Below, piece after piece: positions 53,318 to 63,700 of a stretch of 64,000 nt of DNA. This DNA comes from Thermoplasmatota archaeon (GTDB lineage Archaea; Thermoplasmatota; Penumbrarchaeia; Penumbrarchaeales; Penumbrarchaeaceae). The first letter of the stretch is position 1. Every line of letters begins with the position of its first letter. Position numbers and translations under genes: made by a program. The notes under the pieces are model-generated. The model was not told the origin of the DNA and made no database searches. It saw only the letters and a list, made by a program, of their open reading frames with translations. The DNA lies in assembly GCA_025457865.1 (NCBI GenBank), contig JALOTP010000005.1, forward strand, positions 5,596 through 69,595, read 5' to 3'.

Positions 53318-53947
53318 TTACTGTACAGGCGAACATTCGACCCTGGCTATATGGATGGCGGCCATCTCGTCCCTGTGCCGCTTGGAGCGAGAGGTGCCTC
53401 TCTCGTCAACTATGATAGTAAGGAGATTCGCCACCCTGAGCGATGAGATGATGAGGTCTCGACTGGACGGGTCACCGTTCCCGACCTTGACGATGGTCCT
53501 TCTGGCCCGAAAGCTCCGCTCCCTTTTCAGGACGTTCCCGAGGAGGTTCCGGGCAGAGGAGGCCCGGTGAACGGCTACTAGCCTACCGTCCAATATATAC
53601 GCGACTCCCGGTCTCGACCCAGGGTCTATCCCTATGGTGAGCACCAGAGGTCTGTCAAGACCCCAGCATGAGGCAAGGGCCCTATCCGTCGTTACGACCG
53701 GGTCAGGGTCCATAGGAACGGTGGAGCCGGCTCCCGAAGGGAGTATTGGGCACTCCGTCCCTTTGTCCATGACAAGACAATCAAGATGGGCGCTCACGAC
53801 CTCTCCCGGTCCCGTGATGAGGTAGCGGACCCCTTCGGCGTTCAGCACCGATACTAGGTCATGGAGCATCGAGAAATCCTCAGTGCATATACCTATGAGG
53901 ACCGACGCCTTTCTCTTTAAAAGCTCTTCGACATCATCCAAGATCAC
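53318..53947 (-). CDS. RNase H-fold (YqgF/RuvC-like) protein
   Basis: IGIDPG.RPGVA...VKVGNG...VDERGTS...DEMAAIHIA. Confidence 0.72.
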   Translation of the reverse strand: MILDDVEELLKRKASVLIGICTEDFSMLHDLVSVLNAEGVRYLITGPGEVVSAHLDCLVMDKGTECPILPSGAGSTVPMDPDPVVTTDRALASCWGLDRPLVLTIGIDPGSRPGVAYILDGRLVAVHRASSARNLLGNVLKRERSFRARRTIVKVGNGDPSSRDLIISSLRVANLLTIIVDERGTSRSKRHRDEMAAIHIARVECSPVQ

Positions 53948-54573
53948 CCCTCCTCCCAGTCCACCTCCACGGCATCATCCTCATCGCCTTCAACAGCAAG
54001 GACCTTGAAACCCTTCTTGGCCTTCTTCGACGGCTCGGGCGCCCCCTCCCCCTCGTTCACCACGGTGAACTCAAGTCTCATCTCGACCCCCCTTGTATCG
54101 ACGATGTCGTCCGCATCCTCCTCCACGGTGACCCTGGGCCTCTTTCCGTCGATAACACGTGCCTCTACGATCTCCTGAGCAACCTCCAGCTTCTCTGAGA
54201 ACTCCTCATCGCCGGAGAACACATCCCTCATGGTGGAAATGACCCGGTTCATCTTCCTCCTGACAGGTTCTATCTCTATGGCCTCTATCCGCTCTTCCTC
54301 ATCCATTTCTATGATTATGGCCTCCTCCGGTACCGACCCTTTCCGGACCCCGACCCGCATGTCATAGTATTGCCTCTGGACAGGGTCAAGGAGGACCGAT
54401 TTGGCGTCGTTTAGGAGCCTCATGATCTCCTCCCCTTCCGCCCTGGAACCCGCAGGGAGCTGGCTGAGCTTGTCGGGATGGTATATCTCGGCCATCCTCC
54501 TATAAGCCTGCTTGATCTCCGTGTAGGAGGCATTCTCGGCTACGCCGAGAAGGTAATAGTAATCCACCTCCAA
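53944..54573 (-). CDS. J-domain (DnaJ class C) protein with acidic C-terminus
   Basis: DYYYLLGV...EIKQAYRRMA..YHPDK...LNDAKSVLLDP.QR..YD. Confidence 0.9.
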   Translation of the reverse strand: MEVDYYYLLGVAENASYTEIKQAYRRMAEIYHPDKLSQLPAGSRAEGEEIMRLLNDAKSVLLDPVQRQYYDMRVGVRKGSVPEEAIIIEMDEEERIEAIEIEPVRRKMNRVISTMRDVFSGDEEFSEKLEVAQEIVEARVIDGKRPRVTVEEDADDIVDTRGVEMRLEFTVVNEGEGAPEPSKKAKKGFKVLAVEGDEDDAVEVDWEEG

Positions 54574-54716
54574 GGTGTGGCCCCCTGGACCTTCTGGGAC
54601 ATTGCCTTAATCCGATATTCGGTTTTCCTTTTTTTGGTCCCTTGGGCCCTGTCCTTTCCCCTGGGAGATGCTTTATTAAGGCCCAGAAGCTCTCCCTTTC
54701 CACAGGGTGGAACAAG

Positions 54717-55085
54717 ATGGAGGTCCTGGGAAAGGTAGTCAACTTCTCTCCGAAGGGGTCACTGGTGGTCAGGGCATCCTCTGCTCCCCAACCTGGTCAG
54801 ATGGTGGTGGACCGGAGACAGAGACCTGTCGGCAGGGTGGTCAAGGTCACCGGGCCGGTGGCTGCCCCGTTCGTAATTGTTGCACCCGTGAAGGACCTCG
54901 AAGGCCCCATGAACAGGCTTCTAGGGGCAGAGGTGTTCTTGCAGCCCCACCAACCGGTCCAACATCAGAGGGAACGGCCAAGGGAGGCGGGGGCGGTAAG
55001 AAGGACCCCGCACAATCCGAGAGATGGTCCGTACCGTCAGCATGAGGGTGGGAAGGGTCATAGGGACCGCTACCAGAGGCCTTAG
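54717..55085 (+). CDS. gar1: H/ACA RNP subunit Gar1
   Basis: LGKVV...VVD....VGRVVKVTGPVAAPFV; basic disordered tail. Confidence 0.83.
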   Translation: MEVLGKVVNFSPKGSLVVRASSAPQPGQMVVDRRQRPVGRVVKVTGPVAAPFVIVAPVKDLEGPMNRLLGAEVFLQPHQPVQHQRERPREAGAVRRTPHNPRDGPYRQHEGGKGHRDRYQRP

Positions 55086-55176
55086 ACCGCACATTTCGAT
55101 AAGTTTTGGCCTCACTGATGCCCGTTCAATCGTAGCATTTTAAATATAGCATTCAGGGATTCTCCCCCCACGGGGT

Positions 55177-55581
55177 GTGGTCATGGAAGTGAACTACGAG
55201 GTCTTTTTCCACGGGGCGGTCCCTTATGCGGGGGCCGAGATAACCATAGGTGCAGTGCTCGTGGAGAACGGGATGGTCAAGGATGAGATAAGCGGAACGG
55301 TGCCCTACGGCGGCTCCGAGCTGAGGGCGCAATGGGAGGCCTTGCTGCAGGGAATGGAGCTCGCAAAGAGCAACAGTACCAAACGGGTCATCTTCAAGGG
55401 CGACTCCAGGACCGTGGTGAACCTGATGAATGGGGGCATCCCCTCCAGGGACTTCGATTCCATGGACTATTACCAGATGGCAAGGAGGAAACAGCTCTCC
55501 TTCGACCAATCGTTCTTCCAGTGGATACCTGCTGAGAGGAATGCCAAGGCCATAGGACTTGCCAGGGCAGCGTCCCAATGA
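55177..55581 (+). CDS. RNase HI-family protein with substituted catalytic residues
   Basis: RAQWEALLQGMELA, KGDSRTVV, WIPAERNAKA.GLA. Confidence 0.8.
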   Translation: MVMEVNYEVFFHGAVPYAGAEITIGAVLVENGMVKDEISGTVPYGGSELRAQWEALLQGMELAKSNSTKRVIFKGDSRTVVNLMNGGIPSRDFDSMDYYQMARRKQLSFDQSFFQWIPAERNAKAIGLARAASQ

Positions 55582-55650
55582 TAGGTCGGCATCCAACGGT
55601 CCATCAAGGTAACGTTTTATACCCTCCTTTCCGTTAGGTCCCTATCCGGT

Positions 55651-57081
55651 GTGCGCATGGTGCTTTTGGTACACAACACTGCGAGCGGTGGCAAAGAGGA
55701 GTTCGTGCCCTTGAACAAGGGCCGTGTCGGTATGTACGTTTGCGGCCCCACGGTTTATGACCACAGCCATGTTGGGCATGCAAGGAGCTATGTCGCATTC
55801 GATATCATCAGGAGGTACCTGGAGCACAAGGGTTTCGTGGTCACCTACGTCCAGAACTTCACAGACGTGGACGACAAGATCATAGCCCGCGCCGCTGAGA
55901 AGGGCATCCCGCCACTGGTCCTTTCGGAAAAGTTCATACAGGAGTACTATTCGGACATGGACGCCCTGAACATCAGGAGAGCGACGGTCCATCCGAAGGC
56001 ATCGGAGACCATTCCGGACATGATCGAGGCCATACGGACCCTGATATCGAAAGGTTTTGCTTACGTGGTCAACGGCAGCGTCTATTTCGAGGTGGATAAG
56101 GCCAAGGACAGGTTCGGGAAGCTCAGGCATCAGTCCCTTGACGAGATGCTCGATGGGGCCAGGGTAGAGGTGGACCCCGAGAAGAGGGGACCCAAGGACT
56201 TCGCGCTCTGGAAAGCGGCAAAACCGGGTGAGATATCGTGGGATTCCCCCTGGGGGAAGGGCAGACCGGGTTGGCATATAGAATGCTCCACCATGTCCTC
56301 CAAGTACCTGGGGACCACCATTGATATCCATGGCGGGGGGATGGACCTGATATTCCCCCACCATGAGTCGGAGATACTTCAGGCCGAATGCTCTACCGGT
56401 CAGACATTCGCAAGGTACTGGCTGCATAACGGTTTTGTGAGGATAAATGAGGAGAAGATGTCCAAGTCCCTTGGCAACTTCTTCTCCATCAAGGACATCT
56501 TGAAAAGGTACGAACCCATGGTTCTGAGGTTCTTCCTTGCCTATACCCATTACAGGTCGCCCATAGATTTCTCCGATATGGCACTGGAAGAGGCCAAGGC
56601 CGCCTTCGGCAGGCTCAGGAACCTCCATCAGGTGCTTTCCAGGACCGCCAGTGATGACCCGGCCGATGGAACGGTCACGTCCGAAGCAACCAGCATCAGG
56701 AAAGCGTTCATGGAGGCAATGGACGACGATTTCAACACAAGGGTGGCATTGACATCCCTCTTCCGGCTCGATGACCATGTCAAGGACCTGATCAAGGGGA
56801 TTAAGCTCAACGCTGGGAACGCAAAGCACCTGCTCGGCCTCATGGACGAGCTGTCAGGCGTCCTTGGGCTCGTTTACACCGAGCCGGTCTCGAGCGAGCT
56901 GCTGGGGGGAGCCCTCACCGAGGGATTGGTCGAGCTCCTTATAGAGCTCAGGGCACAGGCAAGGAAGGCCAAGGACTTTAAAACGTCCGACCTGGTCCGG
57001 GACCGCTTGAAGGCTCTGGGGATAGTGCTCGAGGACGGAGAGAGGACCACCTGGAAGGTGGCAGGTCGGAGCAAGGGCTGA
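55651..57081 (+). CDS. cysS: Cysteine--tRNA ligase
   Basis: YVCGPTVYD.SHVGHAR, DFALWK, GRPGWHIEC, HGGGMDLIFPHHE, KMSKS. Confidence 0.99.
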   Translation: MRMVLLVHNTASGGKEEFVPLNKGRVGMYVCGPTVYDHSHVGHARSYVAFDIIRRYLEHKGFVVTYVQNFTDVDDKIIARAAEKGIPPLVLSEKFIQEYYSDMDALNIRRATVHPKASETIPDMIEAIRTLISKGFAYVVNGSVYFEVDKAKDRFGKLRHQSLDEMLDGARVEVDPEKRGPKDFALWKAAKPGEISWDSPWGKGRPGWHIECSTMSSKYLGTTIDIHGGGMDLIFPHHESEILQAECSTGQTFARYWLHNGFVRINEEKMSKSLGNFFSIKDILKRYEPMVLRFFLAYTHYRSPIDFSDMALEEAKAAFGRLRNLHQVLSRTASDDPADGTVTSEATSIRKAFMEAMDDDFNTRVALTSLFRLDDHVKDLIKGIKLNAGNAKHLLGLMDELSGVLGLVYTEPVSSELLGGALTEGLVELLIELRAQARKAKDFKTSDLVRDRLKALGIVLEDGERTTWKVAGRSKG

Positions 57082-57210
57082 GATATGACCTTCTGGCCGT
57101 GTTGACCTTGCCAGTGTTCCTTTGACGCAAATCATGACAGAATTAGGAAAAAGCCTAAAAGCACCCTGTACCAACACTACATACGGCAGTCGGCCAAAAG
57201 GAGGCAGAAG

Positions 57211-60200
57211 ATGGTCACAGGGCGCACAAGGGCATTCAAGGCAACGATATCGACCATCCTATTGGCGGTCATCCTCCTGGCGGCGCTCCCAGTAACATTA
57301 TTTGCCATGACGGTCCAGGTGTCGTTTCCTGTCGAAGGGGATGGCCCCCCACCATCCCAGGGCAACGATCATGATGATGAACTGATGGGCGCAGGCTATA
57401 GGCCCAGGTTCCCTTACCCTGGCTCCGATATCATCCAGACCCCCGAGCCGGTGCCGGATGGCGCTATCTGGCTTCCTTATGGCAAGGTCCCGAACACCTT
57501 AAGCGCGCCGTCCAGGGCCAACTGGGTCCTCTACCATGATGCGGTCGAAGTGAATGTTTACGTCGATATAGCCCCAGGGCAGTTGACATCGAACGAAAAG
57601 CTACTCTTAGATGCGATGATAGATGATTTCAAGAACTATTCCTTCATCAGGGTGAAGGACTACTTTGACCCGAGCAACCTGATTTCCTACGTGGATTGGA
57701 GGGTATGGAAGATAGACGGGCCGAGCGGAGTCGGGGGTTATTACCAGCCCGGGACCAATGAGTTCAACGTGGACCGTGATGACCTGAGCTGGGGAGGGGT
57801 GATAGCCGCCCATGAGTTCGAGCATTACGTCCACCGTCAGTACGATCTGTATGAGACCCTTTGGGTCGATGAAGGATGCGCCGATTACGGAGCATATCTC
57901 GTGTATGGTATCGATTCCGCCGTTGCGACCCATGTCTATTCCTACCTTGAGTACAGGCCCCAGAACACCCTCCCAGTGACGGATTCCGAGTTCTACAACG
58001 ATTATACGACGTCCCAGTACGGGACCTCCTTCCTTTTCCAGCTGTTCATGACCCACCAATACGGTGGAAAGGATTATACCAGGGCCCTTGTGAAGGCAAC
58101 GAACCAGGGCTCCTATGGTGTCACAAAGGCCCTTCAGACCATAGGCTCGATCGATACCTTCAGCACGGCCTTCGCCAAGTGGAAGGTCGCAACAAGGCTC
58201 AACGATGCGACCATAGGTCCCGATGGCAATTACTCCTACCCAGTGAAGACCTATGCCTACGGGTCCCTCAATGTCCCGATCACGGCCTCCCACAGCGGCG
58301 TCCCCTCTGCCTCGACCAGGAACATAGGGAGGAATTCCATAACGACCATCCGTTTCTCCGGGCCGCCGACCACCACCGAGGACCTGGTGCTCAAGCTCAC
58401 ATTCAGCGCTGGTGCTCCCGATGTGGCCATCTACAAAGAGGTATCCGGTCCCAGGGACATAATATCCATCGATTTCGCCGGCGGGCGTTCCGCCGACATC
58501 CAGATGAACGATTGGGGGAAGGACTTCAGCGCGTTCCAGATAATGGTCTCATCGTCCGAGTCAAGTTCGTTCTCCTATGAGCTGGACATAGTGGACCTCG
58601 TCCCCCCCGTCACCTCTATAGACATAACACCTTTCAAACCGAACGGTGAGAACGGGTGGTATGTCTCATCCCCAAAGATCACATTGACGTCCGAACCCTT
58701 CGCTGATATCAAGTACAGTTTGAACGGTGGAGCTGAGAAGGATTACGCCGGAGCGTTCTATCTGGCCGATGGGACCCATAATCTCTCTTTCCACTCCATC
58801 GACAAGAAGGGCAACACGGAGGTCCCGCATTTCAGGGACCTCAAGGTCGATGCGACCCCCCCCACTTCAAGTATCAAAGTTGAGCCGGACAACCCTCCGG
58901 ACGTCTGGTTGAACAGCAAACCGCTGATAACCTTGTCCACATCGTTCCAGGACGCCAAGGTGGAATACAAGTTCGGGAACGTTCAGTATTCCATCTACAC
59001 CCAACCGATACATCCTCCTGAGGGCGAGAGCACGCTCATCTGGAGGGCCTTCGACAATGCAGGGAACAGGGAGATGGAATACCAGAGGTCATTCAAGGTC
59101 GATACCATATCGCCGATCGTGGAGCATCTGATATACCCGCAGTCCCCCAACGGTGAGAACGGATACTACACCGTCAGACCACAGCTCACGCTCTCCTCCC
59201 CTGACGGAATGGCCATTTACTACACTGTCGATGGTTCGGAGCAGAGGCTCTACGAGGCCCCCTTCGAGGTCAAGGATGGTCTGCATACCATCAGGTTCGT
59301 AGCCTCGGACAAGGCCGGAAACGTGGGCGATGAGATAAGACTGGACCTTAAGGTAGATACCGCCCTCCCAGTGCTCACAGGGACCTTTGACGGGTTCGTT
59401 TACGATCTCGACAACTCCTCCAAATGGCAGAGCGCAAACCCTGTCCTTAACCTCGCTTCGTCCGAATCCGGAACGAAGATGAACTACACCTTGAACGGCA
59501 ATGCCCCGAGCCCCTACACGGAGCCCGTGTTCATCCCCGACGGTCAGTACGAGATAGTCGTTAGCGCAGAGGATGCGGCCGGGAACATTGCACAGCAGCT
59601 GATTTATTACCTCAAGGTGGACACGAAGAGGCCCTTTGTCACTGCAACGGTCTCTGCCGAACAGAAGAACGGTTGGTATGTTGATGAGGGAACATCCATC
59701 GTTCTCCAAGCGGAAGGTGAGAACGAGGCCTCATCCACTGCCAGGATACTCTTCAAGTGGGGCTCTGGCGAGGCTGTGACCTACCGCAACCCCATCAAGG
59801 TCCCGGACGGACGCAACAGGCTCACCTACTGGGCGGAGGACCTTGCCGGCAACAGGATGGACCCGCGGACCATAGAGCTTAAAAAGGACAGTCTGAAGCC
59901 TTCCGTGGCCATAATAACAGAAGGGCTCGAGGGCGGGAGCATCACGGAGGGCGGTTTCATCCTCATTGACCTCTCCACTTCGACTGACGAGGGCGGGATC
60001 GCCCTCTACGGGATCGGTCCCGAAGGTACGGTCCAGCCGGATTGGACCGCCCAACCGGTCTTCAACCAAACGTTCGATGTGCCGGGCACTTTCAACATCA
60101 CCCTTTTCGTCAGTGACCAGGCTGGGAACGTGGGTTCCAAGGTCTTGAAGGTCATCGTGATGGAGAAGGAATTGAAGGGCAGGAACGACGGAGGTAACGA

Positions 60201-60519
60201 TGAGCTTACGATCATCATCGCCTTTGCAGCAGCAGCCTTGGTCCTCATTGTCGTTCTGGCAGCCCTCCTCATTTTGATGGTATCCCGCAGGAACAGGCAG
60301 CATCATAGCATGCACCAAATGCCTCTGGGGCCCCCTCAGAACCACCCCCACCTACAGGGCCATCAACAGCATACGCCCCATGCTCTGAACCCGGCCAGTC
60401 CTCCGCACAGGCCCCACCCCGCCCCGCATCCAAGGTCACAACCACATCCCCCTCAACAAATGCATCCAGTTCACCACGGCCACCAGATACCACCACCCCC
60501 AAAGGCTCCGAGCTTCTAA
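57211..60519 (+). CDS. Membrane-anchored zinc metallopeptidase (HEXXH + EG) with Ig-like repeats, PKD, TM and His/Pro/Gln-rich tail
   Basis: Signal; AAHEFEH...WVDEGCAD; repeats G.NGWY / D.AGN; TM IIIAFAAAALVLIVVLAALLILMV. Confidence 0.85.
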   Translation: MVTGRTRAFKATISTILLAVILLAALPVTLFAMTVQVSFPVEGDGPPPSQGNDHDDELMGAGYRPRFPYPGSDIIQTPEPVPDGAIWLPYGKVPNTLSAPSRANWVLYHDAVEVNVYVDIAPGQLTSNEKLLLDAMIDDFKNYSFIRVKDYFDPSNLISYVDWRVWKIDGPSGVGGYYQPGTNEFNVDRDDLSWGGVIAAHEFEHYVHRQYDLYETLWVDEGCADYGAYLVYGIDSAVATHVYSYLEYRPQNTLPVTDSEFYNDYTTSQYGTSFLFQLFMTHQYGGKDYTRALVKATNQGSYGVTKALQTIGSIDTFSTAFAKWKVATRLNDATIGPDGNYSYPVKTYAYGSLNVPITASHSGVPSASTRNIGRNSITTIRFSGPPTTTEDLVLKLTFSAGAPDVAIYKEVSGPRDIISIDFAGGRSADIQMNDWGKDFSAFQIMVSSSESSSFSYELDIVDLVPPVTSIDITPFKPNGENGWYVSSPKITLTSEPFADIKYSLNGGAEKDYAGAFYLADGTHNLSFHSIDKKGNTEVPHFRDLKVDATPPTSSIKVEPDNPPDVWLNSKPLITLSTSFQDAKVEYKFGNVQYSIYTQPIHPPEGESTLIWRAFDNAGNREMEYQRSFKVDTISPIVEHLIYPQSPNGENGYYTVRPQLTLSSPDGMAIYYTVDGSEQRLYEAPFEVKDGLHTIRFVASDKAGNVGDEIRLDLKVDTALPVLTGTFDGFVYDLDNSSKWQSANPVLNLASSESGTKMNYTLNGNAPSPYTEPVFIPDGQYEIVVSAEDAAGNIAQQLIYYLKVDTKRPFVTATVSAEQKNGWYVDEGTSIVLQAEGENEASSTARILFKWGSGEAVTYRNPIKVPDGRNRLTYWAEDLAGNRMDPRTIELKKDSLKPSVAIITEGLEGGSITEGGFILIDLSTSTDEGGIALYGIGPEGTVQPDWTAQPVFNQTFDVPGTFNITLFVSDQAGNVGSKVLKVIVMEKELKGRNDGGNDELTIIIAFAAAALVLIVVLAALLILMVSRRNRQHHSMHQMPLGPPQNHPHLQGHQQHTPHALNPASPPHRPHPAPHPRSQPHPPQQMHPVHHGHQIPPPPKAPSF

Positions 60520-60730
60520 CGCTGCAAACGACAGAGAATAGCCCTCTGTAAGGCCAAAACAACCATTGAAGTAGGGAGCAACTGTCATAATACAGTTCAA
60601 GTAATTTTTTTTCCAGCTTATTAAAACCGGATGGTGGCCCCGACAAACCTTTAAATAAGAATAAGGGGATTAAACTTCTGCATTCCTGATAGGGGTATCA
60701 GTAATACGGGGTAATGCACAGGTGGTATCC

Positions 60731-63700
60731 ATGATAAAGGGGACCTTTTCGATATATGCTGCGGTTTTCTTGATGGTGTCGACTGCTCTTGTGGCCCTGG
60801 TCGCCGTTGGGCAGCCAGATAGCCCAATGGGCGATGCTCCTAAGGCATTTGTTCCACAGGTCGAGGCACCGAGCATGAACGGTTATTTCACCGAGAATGC
60901 CGGTCAGTGGAACAATGGACTGAGCTTTATTGCCGGGACGGGGTACGGCAGGGCCGGACTTGCCCAGGACATGGTCTATATGGACTTCTTCACGAAGGTC
61001 CCGGAACCTAAGCCACTTGCGGAGGGCGAGATGATATCCATAGACCCGGACCTCTCCGAACAGGAGTACGAGGGCCATGTGATATCGCTGACCTTCGAGG
61101 GTGCGAACGGGGTCCTGCCAACAGGTGAGGACCGCCTTGGCTGGAACAACAATTACTTTTACGGGAACGATCCAGAGGGCTGGAGGACCGATGTCGGCAA
61201 CTACCAGACAGCGGTCTATTATGGCCTTTACAATGGGGTGGACCTGAGGTATTACTTCTCCGAAGAGGGTATGAAATACGACCTCATCCTGGCCCCCGGG
61301 GTGGACCCGTCCGTCATAAAGGTAAGTGTCGACGGAGCGATGGACCTCCGCGTGGACGAACGTATATTGACCATAGACCTTGATGGTGAGCACAAGGTGA
61401 CGGATAGCGACCTGAAGAGCTGGTACAACGACGGCTCGGCCCAGCCCATAAGGTCAAGCTTCGTCAAGCTGGACCAAAAGACCTACGGCTTCAAGCTCAG
61501 CAACTATGATCAGATGAGGGGTGCTGTTATAGACCCGGTATATTATTCGACCCTTGTTGACGGGTCGACCACTTCCACCACCTGCTACGGGAGGGGTGTC
61601 GGTGTCGGTTCTGATGGATGCGCTGTAATGGCAGGGTATACCTCCGATACCGCTTTCTGTGTGACCACCGGTGCCTACAGAACATCGAACCAGGGAGGGA
61701 CAGATTGCGTGGCCGCAAAGCTGAACTATGCTGGTACAGCCCTCGTATATGCCACCTATCTTGGCGGTTCCTCGACAGAGATCCCCTATGCAGCGGCCGT
61801 TGATGTTAATGGCAATGCATATCTAACAGGGTATACTGGATCGTCCAACTTCCCGGTTACGAGCGGTGCCTATGATACGACCTATACCACCACCTGCACC
61901 TACGTCGCTAAGATCAATGCGGCCGGTAATGGACTTGGATATGCGACCTACATCGGTGATTCGGGTTATGGATATACGATCGATGTGGATTCAAGCGGTC
62001 AGGCATATGTTTCAGGATATACAAGCGATACGAACTATCCGACCACTTCGAACGCATATGATAGGTCCCATAATGGTGGTGCGGACGCACCTGTCGTGAA
62101 GCTCAACGCCGCCGGCTCCTCTCTGCTCTATTCTTCCTTCTTCGGCGGTGGGAACTCCGATTATGGTTATGATATCACCTGCGATAACAGCGGGTATGTT
62201 TACCTGACTGGCTATACCTACAATGACACATCGACCTTCGTGAACCTTCCAACGACGACAGGTGCTTATGATAGGACTCATAATGGGTATTATGATGCCT
62301 ATGCGGCAAAGTTCAATACCGGTAGCAGCGGGACATCCTCCCTTGTCTTCTCTACATTCTTAGGGTGCAGCGATTATGATTATGGTTATGGGATAGATTT
62401 CGACAATAGCGGCAATGTTTACGTCTCTGGATATACCTACTATGTTACAACCGGACCGTTCTTCCCGATTACCTCGGGTGCCTTCCAAACCACGCATAAG
62501 GGTGGCTCCTATGACCTGTTCATAACCAAGTTCAACTCTGGTGCGACTGGACTTGTTTATTCGACCTTCATAGGCGGATCAGGCACTGACTACTGTTACT
62601 GGGGAACCCTCAAGGTCAGCAAGACCAATGGATATGCCTATCTCAGTGGTTATGATTATTCATCGGATTTCCCTACCACATCGGACGCCTTGCAGAGGAC
62701 AATATCAACTACACCAGATGCATATTTCCTGAACCTGAGCGCGAGCGGTTCGACGATGAACTATTGCACGTTCTTGGGCGGTTCAAGCACAGATGTCGCC
62801 TACAACATGGCCATTGATAAGTTCGATAACTGCTATCTGACTGGTTATACCGCCTCGACCAACTTCCCTACGACCTCTGGCGCTTACAAAACGACCTACA
62901 GCTATTATGACCCCTATATCTTCAAGATAGGGGGGACCATGACCGAGAACGTTCCACCCTATGTCGTAAGCGACCTGTCCACTACAACTGCCTATTCGGG
63001 GCAGTCGTTCACATTCTCAGCATCCATCTCGGATAACGTCGGGGTCATGAGGGCCTATGTCGAATACTGGGTCGATACGGGCTCACATACCAATGTGACC
63101 CTCGGCGCGATCAACCCATATTCTGTGATTAGGACCCTGCCATCCTCGCTAGGGACACTCTATTACAAGTTCACGGCCTATGATTATTTCGGCAACTGGA
63201 TGACGAGCTCGACCTATACAAAGCTCCTCCTTGACGGGACACCCCCGACGGTATCTGGAATATATATGAGCCCGACACCTTACACGGGATCTACGACAAC
63301 GGTCTATGCGACGGTGACGGACAACGTCGCTGTCAATCCGGCCGCTGTCAGGGTCTATTTCAGGGATGCGAACCAGGGGTCATACACTTCGGCAATAATG
63401 ACGAATTCGGGTGGGAGCAGCTATGATTACACCATTAGCATAGGTAACACCTGGACCCGCATCTATTACTATATCACAGCTGCGGACTATTCCGGGAACA
63501 CAAGGACCTCCTCCACCTATAATGTGTATGTGTATGATAACATAGCACCGACCATTGTGAGCGATGATTCCGACACGGAAGCTACCACGGGTGATGTGTT
63601 CAACTTCGATATAGTCGTCAACGACAACACATACCTATACTATGCGGATTGCTACTATTCCTACGATGATTGGTGGGCCTCTTACAACTACATGGGCCTC

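Noticed and set aside
55642..56829. 395-aa minus-strand ORF
   Set aside because: Antisense shadow of cysS
61500..62940. Repeated DNA motifs suggesting CRISPR or DGR-type repeats
   Set aside because: They are degenerate coding repeats of SBBP propeller blades; no constant repeat-spacer period and no reverse transcriptase in the window
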